A stretch of DNA of 64,000 nt from Candidatus Aminicenantes bacterium (GTDB taxonomy: Bacteria > Acidobacteriota > Aminicenantia > Aminicenantales > Aminicenantaceae): the NCBI GenBank assembly GCA_014727835.1, contig WJMT01000124.1, positions 17,508 through 81,507 on the forward strand. The letters are read 5' to 3'. Positions 48,863 to 58,580 of this stretch are shown here, piece after piece. The position numbers and the translations under genes were made by a program. A model generated the notes under the pieces. That model was given only the letters and a program-made list of their open reading frames with translations. It ran no database searches and was not told the origin of the DNA. How positions within the stretch are numbered: position 1 is the stretch's first letter; the number at the start of each line of letters is the position of its first letter.

Positions 48863-51472
48863 ATGGACAAACCAAAACACAATTTAAAGGTTTTGGAATT
48901 TCTACTGAGAAATCTGGTCTCTGTGGATGACAGGGAAAATCTGGCCGGAGATTTTGAAGAGATGTATGACCGGATCTATCATCAGAAGGGAAAGGCCAGA
49001 GCTGTTTTCTGGTACTTTTTCCAAGTCATCATCCTGTTTCCTGTTTGTATGAAAAATGATTTGTATTGGAGCCTAACCATGATAAAAAACTATCTCAAAA
49101 CCGCTTTTCGGAATATCAAAAAGTTCAAGTCTTATTCCTTTATCAATATTTTTGGAATGGCCATGGGAATGGCCTGCTGCATTCTGATTGTACTCTTTGT
49201 TCAGGATGAATTGAGCTTTGACCGTTATCATGACAAAGCAGACCGGATTGTGCGTTTAGTGGATGGTTTTGATGTCAAAGGAGGCTTGAGCCGTTATTAT
49301 GCCCTCTCATCAGCTCCTTTTGCTCCGAGGCTGAAAAAGGAATTTCCTGAAGTGGAAGAGACGGTAAGGATTTTCCCGGGCCGGGGGAGAATGGTTGAGT
49401 ATGAAGAAAAGAAGTTTTATGAGGACTATCTGTTCTTTGCCGATGCCTCTCTGTTCAAGGTGTTCACCTTTCCCTTAATCAAAGGAGACCCGGAAACCGC
49501 TCTCATCTCTCCCCACACCATCGTGGTTTCGGAGAAAATCGCTCGGAAGTACTTTGGCAGCAAAGATCCTTTGAACAAAATTCTCACTATCAACAACCAG
49601 GATTATCTAGTCACAGGAGTGATGAAGGAGGTCCCGGAAAATTCACATTTTTTTGCCAATCTCTTTGCTTCTCTAAAAACGCTAGAGCAGATTCCATCAA
49701 TAAAAAAACGGTATTTCCAGAGCTGGGCCCGTCATGAATTCTACACCTATCTTCTGCTTCAGGAGAGCACTTCTGTAGAAAAGCTGGAAGCCAAACTGCC
49801 CGGGTTCATTGAAAGACATGCTGCAGCTCAAATCAAATCCATTTTAGGCGGAAAGCTGTATTCGCGGCTGCAGCCTTTGACCAGTATCCATCTTCATTCC
49901 CATCTCCAGGCGGAATTAGAGCCCAACGGGGATATCAAATACGTGACTATTTTCTCTGTCATTGCTTTGTTTGTTTTGCTGATCGCGTGTGTGAATTTCA
50001 TCAATCTGGCTACAGCCCGCTCTTTTAACCGCTCCAAGGAAGTGGGTTTGAGAAAAGTGGTGGGCGCCACCCGTTATCAGATTGTCAAACAGTTTTTGAG
50101 CGAGTCTCTTTTGTTTACAGTGATGGCTTTAGGGCTTTCACTGGTCCTAGTCATAGCTGCGTTTCCTTTTTTCAATTCCTTAACTGGAAAAGAAATTGGG
50201 CTGAATCTCTTCAATCGTTTTTTTCTTATGGGAAGTCTTTTTCTGATATTGGTTTTTGTGGGCGTGTTATCAGCAAGCTATCCAGCGTTTTTCATTTCCC
50301 GGTACCAGCCAGCCCAGGTTTTGAGACAGCACAAAAAAACAGGATCTCAAAGCTCTTTTCTCAGAAAAAGTCTTGTTGTGTTTCAATTCAGCATCTCCAT
50401 TGTGTTGATTATCTCTACAGTAGTGGTTTTGAATCAACTTGATTTTTTAAGAAACCGGAAATTGGGTTTTGACAAGGAGCATGTGGTGGTCATTCCCATC
50501 AGGTCTCATAATATCAGGTCAAACGCAGAGGCCATCAAATCAGAGCTGATGCAGAACCCCAATGTGCTGTCTTCTACGGTAACTATTGGAGTTCCGGGAG
50601 GAGTCGTGGCCGGGGATGCCATTCAGCTGGTTACAGAAGATGGAAAAAAGACCTTATCCTTGGATATGATTTACACAGACCATGACTATATAAAGACCAT
50701 GGGAATGGAAATCATCGAGGGAAGGGATTTTTCAAAACAAATGTCCACAGATGCCACACAGGCATTCATCATCAATGAGGCTGCAGTCCGGAAATTGGAG
50801 CTGGAAGAGCCGCTGGAAACCCGGTTTGAATGGGGTGATAAACGGGGGAAAGTGATTGGTGTGGTCAAAGACTTCCAGTTTCAATCCCTTAGAAATGAAA
50901 TCAATCCTTTGGTTATCCATGTCTGGCTCCAGAACACCTTTGTCTTTGCTGTAAGGGTTCGGCCGGATAATATACCCCAGACTTTGGAATTCCTCAAAAC
51001 CAAATGGAAAGAATTGGATCCCGCACATCCTTTTGATTATTCTTTTATGGATGAGACATTTGATCAGATCTATAAAGGGGAAGAAAAGCTTGGTCAAGTA
51101 TTCAGCTCATTTTCCTTCTTGGCCATCTTCATCGCCTGTCTGGGTCTGTTCGGTCTGAGTATTTTCATGGTTGAGACACGGACCAAAGAAATCGGTATTC
51201 GCAAGATTCTGGGGGCTTCAGCAGGAAATATCATGCTGCTTTTATCCAAAAAATTCACCCTTCTAGTCCTGACTGCTAATCTCATTGCCTGGCCCGCTGC
51301 ATATGTTGTGATGCGAAAATGGCTTCAGAGCTTTGCCTACCGGATCCCTATGGAGCCCTGGATCTTTGTTTTATCTGGGTTCATTGCATTGATTGTGGCG
51401 CTTTGGACTATCAGTTTTCAGGCAGTAAAAGCGGCATTCACAGATCCGGTCAAGACATTGAGATATGAATGA
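48863..51472 (+). CDS. duplicated FtsX/MacB-type ABC permease with 72-aa N-terminal prefix domain (ADOP-like)
   Basis: The prefix (..NLAGDFEEMYDRI.. plus the hydrophobic AVFWYFFQVIILFPVCM) precedes MIKNYLKTAFRNIKKFKSYSFINIFGMAMGMA. Two FtsX modules. Ends with LRYE. Confidence 0.9.
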   Translation: MDKPKHNLKVLEFLLRNLVSVDDRENLAGDFEEMYDRIYHQKGKARAVFWYFFQVIILFPVCMKNDLYWSLTMIKNYLKTAFRNIKKFKSYSFINIFGMAMGMACCILIVLFVQDELSFDRYHDKADRIVRLVDGFDVKGGLSRYYALSSAPFAPRLKKEFPEVEETVRIFPGRGRMVEYEEKKFYEDYLFFADASLFKVFTFPLIKGDPETALISPHTIVVSEKIARKYFGSKDPLNKILTINNQDYLVTGVMKEVPENSHFFANLFASLKTLEQIPSIKKRYFQSWARHEFYTYLLLQESTSVEKLEAKLPGFIERHAAAQIKSILGGKLYSRLQPLTSIHLHSHLQAELEPNGDIKYVTIFSVIALFVLLIACVNFINLATARSFNRSKEVGLRKVVGATRYQIVKQFLSESLLFTVMALGLSLVLVIAAFPFFNSLTGKEIGLNLFNRFFLMGSLFLILVFVGVLSASYPAFFISRYQPAQVLRQHKKTGSQSSFLRKSLVVFQFSISIVLIISTVVVLNQLDFLRNRKLGFDKEHVVVIPIRSHNIRSNAEAIKSELMQNPNVLSSTVTIGVPGGVVAGDAIQLVTEDGKKTLSLDMIYTDHDYIKTMGMEIIEGRDFSKQMSTDATQAFIINEAAVRKLELEEPLETRFEWGDKRGKVIGVVKDFQFQSLRNEINPLVIHVWLQNTFVFAVRVRPDNIPQTLEFLKTKWKELDPAHPFDYSFMDETFDQIYKGEEKLGQVFSSFSFLAIFIACLGLFGLSIFMVETRTKEIGIRKILGASAGNIMLLLSKKFTLLVLTANLIAWPAAYVVMRKWLQSFAYRIPMEPWIFVLSGFIALIVALWTISFQAVKAAFTDPVKTLRYE

Positions 51473-51484
51473 GCTGTCCGAGTC

Positions 51485-52504
51485 TCAATATAGATTTGCA
51501 ATGGTGAAATCAATGATGTGTTTCATCATTTGAACAGTTTGGACCGGATATTTGCCCACTGCTGTTTCCCCGGAAAGCATAACATAATCCGAACCGTCCA
51601 AGACTGCATTGGCCACATCAGAGACTTCGGCTCTGGTGGGTCTGGGATTCTGTGTCATGGATTCGAGCATCTGGGTGGCTGTGATGTCGATTTTTTGATG
51701 CTGGTTGCAGAGACGGATGATGCGCTTCTGCATCACCGGGACCTCGTAAATAGGGATAGAAACCCCCAGGTCTCCTCTGGCAATCATCACTCCATCAGAT
51801 TGATTCAAGATATCTTCCACATTGTTAAGGCCCTCTCTGTTTTCAATTTTGGCGATCAGCGGGCATTCATAATCATGTTGTCCCATAAATTCTCTAAGAC
51901 GGGCCATATTCTGAGGACCGCACACAAAGGAAAGAGCCACGTAATCGACTTGATGTTGGATGCCGAATAGGATGTCTTTCTTATCTTTTTCAGTGAGGAT
52001 GTCATGATCGATAGAGAGTTCCGGGATGTTGATGCCTTTGTGGTGGGTGAGTTTTCCCGGAATAATCACTCGGGCTTTGACGCTTTCAGGTGAACTGGAC
52101 AACACTCTGAGGAGGATGTTTCCGTCATCCATATAGATCTCAAAATCTTTTTTGATCTGTGATAGATCCCCCTGAAAATCAAAAGGGATGAACGCAGTAC
52201 TCTTTTCCTGGATTTGGGTGGAATTTGGATTGAGAATCACGATCTGGTCCTTGTTTAATTGTATGGGCTGGCCGCCGGGAAGTCGGCCCACCCGTATGCG
52301 GTATCCTTCCAGATCCTGAAGAAGTTTGATGCGAAACCCATATGCGCTGTTCAGCTGTTGGATGGTATTGATCACCTCTGCATGTCGGGAATGGGATCCA
52401 TGAGAAAAATTGAGCCGCGCCATACTCATGCCTTGGTCTGCCATTTGTCTCAGAGTGTCTTTGTCACAGCTGTTGGGACCGATAGTACAAATGATTTTGG
52501 TCAT
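51485..52504 (-). CDS. pyk: pyruvate kinase, short form (A and B domains only, no C-terminal domain)
   Basis: [41 protein letters not shown] and [12 protein letters not shown]. The ORF stops at 339 aa, right after the A domain, and a convergent gene ends 12 nt away. Confidence 0.88.
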   Translation of the reverse strand: MTKIICTIGPNSCDKDTLRQMADQGMSMARLNFSHGSHSRHAEVINTIQQLNSAYGFRIKLLQDLEGYRIRVGRLPGGQPIQLNKDQIVILNPNSTQIQEKSTAFIPFDFQGDLSQIKKDFEIYMDDGNILLRVLSSSPESVKARVIIPGKLTHHKGINIPELSIDHDILTEKDKKDILFGIQHQVDYVALSFVCGPQNMARLREFMGQHDYECPLIAKIENREGLNNVEDILNQSDGVMIARGDLGVSIPIYEVPVMQKRIIRLCNQHQKIDITATQMLESMTQNPRPTRAEVSDVANAVLDGSDYVMLSGETAVGKYPVQTVQMMKHIIDFTIANLY

Positions 52505-52620
52505 AAGATGATCATGTCTATTATAACAAAAAAAATGAGAGGATTTGAATTTTCTGATTGATTGTCCAATGTGATTATTTTATCATTAGGAGCACCAATG
52601 GTTTGAATGAGATGACCTGA

Positions 52621-53985
52621 ATGAAGAACACTCTAAAGAACAAATCTCTCTCCCAAAAATACATTTTTGGAGTTAAAGCCATTGCTGATTATCTGAACGT
52701 CAGCGAGAGGAGTGTCTATATTTGGGAACAGGAATTGGATTTTCCTCTTCATAGAGTGGCTGATTCCAATAAGAGGACCGTGTATGCTTCTGTGGATGAG
52801 ATAGAAAAGTGGCTGAAAAACAAACCGGTTTCCGGTGCAGAAAAAGCAAAAACCAAAAAAAGAATCCTTTGGGGTTCAGGTTTTTTGGCTGCTATCATTG
52901 TTTTGATTCTGATTTGGATTTTCTTATTGCCAAAGAGCCCTAAGATCGATTTTTACACCTCTTCTTCCCCAAATCCCCGATCTGCAGTGATCGAAGATAA
53001 ATATATATACATCAAAGACGGAACCGGAGAGGTGATATGGGCTTATATTGAAAATGACAAGCCCCTGGATAATGAATTGATGAGTGCGGAATCTAACTTG
53101 GATTTCTGTGATATTGACGGTGACCAGGCCAATGAAGTGATCGCCAAGGAGTATGATGTTGAGACCAATCGTTTTTATCTGACTTTGTTTGACAACAACG
53201 GCACCCGCATATGGCGGGAGTCTATCAGTAATGACCAAAGTTTCAGAGGCCTTTTGCTCAGATCCAACTTTTTTCCGGTGCACAGCAGATTCGCTCAAAG
53301 TCATAACAAGACCTTTATTATCACAGGATGGCGCCACAGAACCCGTTTTCTGGTGATTATAACTCGATATGATATCAATGGGAATTTATTGAATGAATAT
53401 ATTCACACAGGTCATATTTCCTTTATCAATTGTATTGATTTGAATCAGGACGGAACAGATGAGATTCTTTTTGGAGCCACCAACAATATTCTCAACGGAG
53501 AAGCGGTTTTAGCTGTTTTGCCTCTCAAGGAATTCAAAGGTGTCTGCCCTCCCAACCGCATTGAACCTGAATTCCAGCACCTCAAATATCTTCTGCAGAA
53601 ATACATTGCGGATGAAGCGGAGCCGGGAAATCAGACTGCTTATATAAGGTTTAAAAAAATCAATCAATTTGATGAATTCACCAAAACTTATATCTTTACT
53701 GTATTTGATCACTCGGATCAAAACTTGTTTCATATTTATGTTTTTCCATGGCACCATGACTATGAAAACACTTATATTGGATTTGAATATGTTTTCAGCA
53801 ATACTCTGCAATTGATGGATATTTTTCCCAACAGCGGCCTGAGAAGAGTTTATCCCCGGCTCTGCAGACAGAGCGGGAACAATACCTCGCTTCATGAGCT
53901 GACCAATATCTACGCTGAAAATATTTACGGGTGGGACCAGGATGAATGGGTCTCTCTGGATGAATTAGAGTTAAATTTTAGATGA
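52621..53985 (+). CDS. membrane-anchored HTH protein with extracytoplasmic FG-GAP-like repeats (hypothetical)
   Basis: N-terminal excisionase/MerR-type HTH (GVKAIADYLNVSERSVYIWEQELDFPLHRV..VYASVDEIEKWL). One TM helix (ILWGSGFLAAIIVLILIWIFLL). The exterior domain has Ca-loop-like motifs CDIDGDQANEVI and IDLNQDGTDEILFG. No clear RBS. Confidence 0.5.
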   Translation: MKNTLKNKSLSQKYIFGVKAIADYLNVSERSVYIWEQELDFPLHRVADSNKRTVYASVDEIEKWLKNKPVSGAEKAKTKKRILWGSGFLAAIIVLILIWIFLLPKSPKIDFYTSSSPNPRSAVIEDKYIYIKDGTGEVIWAYIENDKPLDNELMSAESNLDFCDIDGDQANEVIAKEYDVETNRFYLTLFDNNGTRIWRESISNDQSFRGLLLRSNFFPVHSRFAQSHNKTFIITGWRHRTRFLVIITRYDINGNLLNEYIHTGHISFINCIDLNQDGTDEILFGATNNILNGEAVLAVLPLKEFKGVCPPNRIEPEFQHLKYLLQKYIADEAEPGNQTAYIRFKKINQFDEFTKTYIFTVFDHSDQNLFHIYVFPWHHDYENTYIGFEYVFSNTLQLMDIFPNSGLRRVYPRLCRQSGNNTSLHELTNIYAENIYGWDQDEWVSLDELELNFR

Positions 53986-54030
53986 TCCCAAAAATTTGAG
54001 ATCATTGATAAAAGGATCATAGGAGGAGTG

Positions 54031-54534
54031 ATGTCGAAAGATAAAGTCCTTGAGGTTTTAAAAGGAGCTATTCTGTTGGAGCACAAAGGAAAAGCTCTCT
54101 ATAAATCTGTGATAGAGACATCTCAAGTTCAGGGAGTCAAAGATCTGTTCAGCATGCTGGTCAATGAAGAGGAAAAACACATCCAGATGCTGAACAAGCA
54201 GTTTTCCCGCATTTCTAAAGGAGAAGGATTTGACATCAGCGGAATCAAAGACTCTCATGCTGAAACTTCAGAAGCGGTTTTAACTGATTCCATCAAAGAA
54301 AACGTAACCGGTGCCGGTTATGAAGCAGCTGTGATTTCCGCTGCTCTGGAGTTTGAAAAGAATGCAGTGAAGTATTATTCGGACCATGCAGATAAGGCTC
54401 AATCCGAAGATGAGAAAAAGCTGTTCCAATGGCTCAGAGATTGGGAAAAAGGTCATATGATGATGCTGGCCCGGATCGATGATGACCTGAAAGAAAAGAT
54501 CTGGTTTGATCATCAGTTTTGGCCCCTGGACTGA
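54031..54534 (+). CDS. ferritin-like (rubrerythrin-family) diiron protein
   Basis: Ligand pattern E..ExxH twice (LLEHKG / EEEKHIQML / ALEFEKNA / DWEKGHMMML). ATG at 54031 follows AGGAGG. Confidence 0.7.
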   Translation: MSKDKVLEVLKGAILLEHKGKALYKSVIETSQVQGVKDLFSMLVNEEEKHIQMLNKQFSRISKGEGFDISGIKDSHAETSEAVLTDSIKENVTGAGYEAAVISAALEFEKNAVKYYSDHADKAQSEDEKKLFQWLRDWEKGHMMMLARIDDDLKEKIWFDHQFWPLD

Positions 54535-54704
54535 ATCCCATTGATTTCAAGACCGTTTCAGCCAACCCCGAATTTCCCCAGTTCATAGAGCTCCGTTTCC
54601 CTAAAAAATTCTTGGATTTTAAGAATGATGAGCCAAAAAACTTGAATTTAAGGAAAAAACACTTTATCCTGTGCAGAACTATTCCATTTTTTTAGAGGTT
54701 TTCA

Positions 54705-55955
54705 ATGAAACAATCATTGACTTCAGAAGGTGTCACTTGGAAGCGTATTCTCAGCTTTATTTCAGGTGCGGGCATGGCCGCAGCTTCTGCACTCACCGTG
54801 CAGCATTTTTTTCTGGCCAATTATCCTGAGTCCATATTTGAAGGCTCTTTTTGTGACATCAATGCTTTTTTCAACTGTGACAGCTCCGCTTTTTCGTCTT
54901 TGTCTCAACTGATGGGCGTTCCCATTGGAGTTTTTGGTTTTATAGTGGGTGCTCTGGTGATGATGGGGGCATTGTTTCCGTCCAAAAAATTCGAACTCAC
55001 CAATTCATTTATCTCATTGGCAAATATGGTTGGAGTGGTGTTTTTGTTTCTCTATTCAATTCTGGTCAATCAGACTCTGTGCCTGTTGTGTCTGGGCTAT
55101 TATGTGTTTTCCTTGTTGAGCTTTTGTCTTTTTGTTGCCTTTTCTTTCAAGAAGGATAACGGTTTTCTCTCCCGATTTTTCAATCCTTCCTTTAAGATGC
55201 TGGTGACGTTTGCGGTGATCTCATTTATGGTCTCTTTTGGAATGTTTGAGTATCATGAGGTCAGGAAAGAAGCGCAGGAAGCCGCTGCCATAAAAGTGGT
55301 CACTCAATTTTATGAACTCCCTGTGAAGGGAAATCCCAGCTTTATCTCCCCTTACTGGACTGTCCGCTCCACAGAGGAATTTGAAGAAGCTCCCATCCAT
55401 ATTGTGGAGTACGGGGATTATCTCTGTTCAGATTGTCTGTATCTGGAACAGCAGTTCAGTCAATTGAAGGAAGAATTTTCAGGAAAGATCAACGTGGCTT
55501 TCCAGTTTTTCCCTTTGGAAGGGAAATGCAACAGTGTGGTGGATAAAGATATTCATCCTGGCTCCTGTGAACTGACCTACTATGCAGCCGCAGATCCATC
55601 TCAGTTTACAGCCATCCATGATGAGATCTTTGCTAACTTCAATCTAGCCCGCACAAGTCCTGAGTGGAGGGAAGAACTGGCACTGAGATACGGTGTGTAT
55701 GAATTGGCACAGGACCCTTCTGTGCGGGAGATGGTGGACATCATTGTAAATACGGGAAGAGAGTATGAGAAAACATCTGATCGGTATGATTATGGAATCC
55801 GCTCCACTCCCACCATGATCATCAACGGACGCATGGTCATAGGCACTTTGACCCTTGAGCAGATGAGGGCCATCTTCCAGGCTCTGGTGGATGAACAGGA
55901 AAAAGGAAAAAATTTCATGGAGCACTGGGTGCCTATAAAACTCCCCGGGAAATAA
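54705..55955 (+). CDS. VKOR-family membrane oxidoreductase fused to a DsbA/thioredoxin-like domain
   Basis: Five TM helices with a loop cysteine pair (FCDINAFFNCDSS) and a membrane CxxC (CLLC). The C-terminal domain has YGDYLCSDC and a DsbA-like fold. Confidence 0.75.
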   Translation: MKQSLTSEGVTWKRILSFISGAGMAAASALTVQHFFLANYPESIFEGSFCDINAFFNCDSSAFSSLSQLMGVPIGVFGFIVGALVMMGALFPSKKFELTNSFISLANMVGVVFLFLYSILVNQTLCLLCLGYYVFSLLSFCLFVAFSFKKDNGFLSRFFNPSFKMLVTFAVISFMVSFGMFEYHEVRKEAQEAAAIKVVTQFYELPVKGNPSFISPYWTVRSTEEFEEAPIHIVEYGDYLCSDCLYLEQQFSQLKEEFSGKINVAFQFFPLEGKCNSVVDKDIHPGSCELTYYAAADPSQFTAIHDEIFANFNLARTSPEWREELALRYGVYELAQDPSVREMVDIIVNTGREYEKTSDRYDYGIRSTPTMIINGRMVIGTLTLEQMRAIFQALVDEQEKGKNFMEHWVPIKLPGK

Positions 55956-55958
55956 ATT

Positions 55959-57164
55959 TCACTTTTCTATGATCTTGTATTCATAAAACTTAGTTCCGCG
56001 TTCTTTATCCAAAAGAAAAACCCGGTCTTTATGGATGTGGATCTCATTGACAAAACATTCCAGGGGAATCCTTTGGATCAGAATTCCTTGAGGATTGAAG
56101 ATTTCAAGAACATAAGCATTGGTTTGTGTCTGTTCAGTGTTTCCCATGAGTTTTACGGACATAGAGCGCTGTCCGTTTGAGATCTGCATGCCCATTTGTT
56201 TTCTCACCTGTTCGTCTTTTTTCAGCTGCCTGTCCAGGGTGATCACCCAGACTCGTCCCTCACTGTCAACCGAGATTCCTTCACTGCATTTGTTCATTTT
56301 GGGCATCATCACTGTCATGCTTCCTCCTCTGGATTCCATCTTTCCCTTATTTTTTGGAGGATCCATACTGTAGTTTAAAGGCCGGTCAGCTCTCCATAAC
56401 AGCTTGCCTTCCGGAGAATATTTTTCGATTTTGTTTTGGTGCAAAAAGGTCAGATAAACATTATCCTTTCCATCCACAGCACATTCAAACTGGTTTCCGA
56501 GGTGGTTCAAAAGTCTGTGTTTGAAGTCAGTGGGTTCACCGGCTTCTCGGACCAGATTCCCTTTCCGGTCAAAGACTTGCAACAGTGTGGGGAGTTCATT
56601 TTCATCTGATTGGGAAATCATCATGAGACTACCTGTTTGATTCATAAGGATATTTCCTGACTTGAGCACTTTAATGGACCCCACCTGTTCTTTGGGAAAT
56701 TTAATGGTCTTGTGTTCAGAACCGTCCGGATTCAATATTTGGATTCTGTTGTTGCGGGGATCCGAGATATAAAGGAAGTTGTCTTCATCTAGAGCCAGTG
56801 ATGAGGGGAAATAGAATTCTCCCGGCCCCTGACCCTGCCTTCCTATGGTGGTGATGTATTCATATTCAGGGTTGAATTTCTGGATCCTGTGGTTTCCTGA
56901 ATCAAGGACGAAGATGTTGCCTTTATCATCAAAAACAATATCTTCGGGAAGATAGAAAGCTAGATTTTCATCCGGAGTGTTGATATCGCCTAAGGTATGG
57001 ACCAGTTCAAGGGACAAATTCAAGGAGCTGTTTTTCAGACTTTTATCAGTGTTGTGAATGATTTGAATTCCGTCTTTAGTCTCTGTTTCCTGTGAGAAGG
57101 AGACAGAAAAGACCAGTATAGAAAAGATAAGGGAAAGAAGCACACAGGGATAGATTTTTTTCAT
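55959..57164 (-). CDS. secreted NHL-repeat / six-bladed beta-propeller protein
   Basis: Signal peptide and repeated NHL-like units (GQGPGEFYFPSSLALDEDNFLYISDPRNNRIQILNPDG, FDDKGNIFVLDSGNHRIQKF). RBS AAGGAG. Confidence 0.65.
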   Translation of the reverse strand: MKKIYPCVLLSLIFSILVFSVSFSQETETKDGIQIIHNTDKSLKNSSLNLSLELVHTLGDINTPDENLAFYLPEDIVFDDKGNIFVLDSGNHRIQKFNPEYEYITTIGRQGQGPGEFYFPSSLALDEDNFLYISDPRNNRIQILNPDGSEHKTIKFPKEQVGSIKVLKSGNILMNQTGSLMMISQSDENELPTLLQVFDRKGNLVREAGEPTDFKHRLLNHLGNQFECAVDGKDNVYLTFLHQNKIEKYSPEGKLLWRADRPLNYSMDPPKNKGKMESRGGSMTVMMPKMNKCSEGISVDSEGRVWVITLDRQLKKDEQVRKQMGMQISNGQRSMSVKLMGNTEQTQTNAYVLEIFNPQGILIQRIPLECFVNEIHIHKDRVFLLDKERGTKFYEYKIIEK

Positions 57165-57267
57165 GATCAGACTCCTTTAAAGGGTGATTTGTATTTTTGT
57201 TTCACAATTTGAACTCGAAACACTGTTGCAAAGTTGCAGTGAACCGGATGATATAAAGATTATTCTT

Positions 57268-58317
57268 TCAGGGGATGTCTTCAAGTGAATCTGCAGCCGG
57301 CACTGTGAAATAGAAGTAATCATAAACATAGCGGCTGATTTCTGCGATTTTGTCTTCAACTTCTGCGGTTTTCATTGGCTGGGTATCTTTGAAAAAAACG
57401 GTCAGAGCCACATGTCCCAATCCCTCCGGCAGATAGATGATACCGGTGTTGTTCACCGTACCGCCGATGGTTCCGGTTTTATGGGCCAGGGGGATCCCCG
57501 GCGGGAGTCCAGCCTTGATGCGCCGCACCCCGGTCTCACAGCCGAGCATGATGTTGAGGATGTATTGACAGCTTTCCGGATCCAGAATCTCATGATTCCA
57601 GATTTTTTCCAGAAGTGTGTTCATGGCTTCCGGTGTGCTCTGGTCCTTCATAACCGACGTGAACGTTTCACGTGTCTCTTTTCCCAAATCCGGATTCTCC
57701 TGCCGCTTTACCCTGTAAGATGTGATGACTTCTTCCAGACTCATCCCTTTGTGTGCTTCAAAATCAAGACCAATGGCATCCATGATCAGATGCTGACAGG
57801 AACGGTTGACTGTGATTGCATCAATGCCGTATGTCTCCAGTCTCGCGTTGACGTTTTCAGCTTTCACCATGTTGAACAGGATATCAGTCGCCGAATTGTC
57901 ACTGTGCTGCATCATGAGTTTGATCAGGTTCCGGACAGAGAGAGTGATCCCTGGTGTATCCAGACCGGAGAGGATCCCGCTTCCTAGGTGCTGATCCGGA
58001 GATTGAAGCCTGATTTCTTCATCAAGGGACAGTGTTCCTTCCAAAGACTGAGCCATCAGCTCGACCAGGACAGGAAGCTTGAACACACTGGCCATGGGAA
58101 AATATTCATCCCCGTTGATCGAGATGTGATCTCCGGTTTCCATGTGTTTGGCAGCCACTCCCGCGGTCCCTTCCATCCCACTGACCAACTGCTCTATCTG
58201 AACAATGAGCCGTTGGTTTGGCGCGGGTGTTGATGAATCCTGCGAGGTTAAACTCACGGATGTGCCGACTGTAAGCAGTAAGACACCTATAACAGATGTC
58301 AAAGTTGATTTGTTCAT
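57268..58317 (-). CDS. class A beta-lactamase-related serine hydrolase
   Basis: Signal peptide, SxxK (ASVFK), SDN (HSDNSATD) and KTG (HKTGTIGG) motifs in the right order. RBS AAGGAGA. Confidence 0.75.
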   Translation of the reverse strand: MNKSTLTSVIGVLLLTVGTSVSLTSQDSSTPAPNQRLIVQIEQLVSGMEGTAGVAAKHMETGDHISINGDEYFPMASVFKLPVLVELMAQSLEGTLSLDEEIRLQSPDQHLGSGILSGLDTPGITLSVRNLIKLMMQHSDNSATDILFNMVKAENVNARLETYGIDAITVNRSCQHLIMDAIGLDFEAHKGMSLEEVITSYRVKRQENPDLGKETRETFTSVMKDQSTPEAMNTLLEKIWNHEILDPESCQYILNIMLGCETGVRRIKAGLPPGIPLAHKTGTIGGTVNNTGIIYLPEGLGHVALTVFFKDTQPMKTAEVEDKIAEISRYVYDYFYFTVPAADSLEDIP

Positions 58318-58580
58318 TTTATTCTCCTTTTTCTCGGCCAGTCTGTCTTTACTTTAGATAAATACCGTGACATCGACATTATTGATGATATCAATAGACA
58401 GATGATATCCTTGCCGTTCTAATAAATGTTTACCCTTGGAATATTTGCATCATTTATAATACCTTTGAAAAACAATTTGAGTCAATCAGATATCTTTTTC
58501 TCAATGCTATACTGAACTGAATATCTTTACAACCTGATTTGACATCTTTTTTGTCCTGGGTTAAAAATACCTGTTCGGTA

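Noticed and set aside
57221-57241. CACTGTTGCAAAGTTGCAGTG hairpin-like sequence between the beta-lactamase-like and NHL genes.
   Set aside because: There is only a 5-bp stem and no U-run on the transcribed (minus) strand. Evidence for a terminator or operator is insufficient.
58380-58396. TATTGAT-GAT-ATCAATA palindrome in the bla/SSS divergent region, and AATAAGCTTATT at 32111-32122.
   Set aside because: These are short AT-rich palindromes of a size expected by chance in AT-rich intergenic DNA. I saw no second copy or promoter context.
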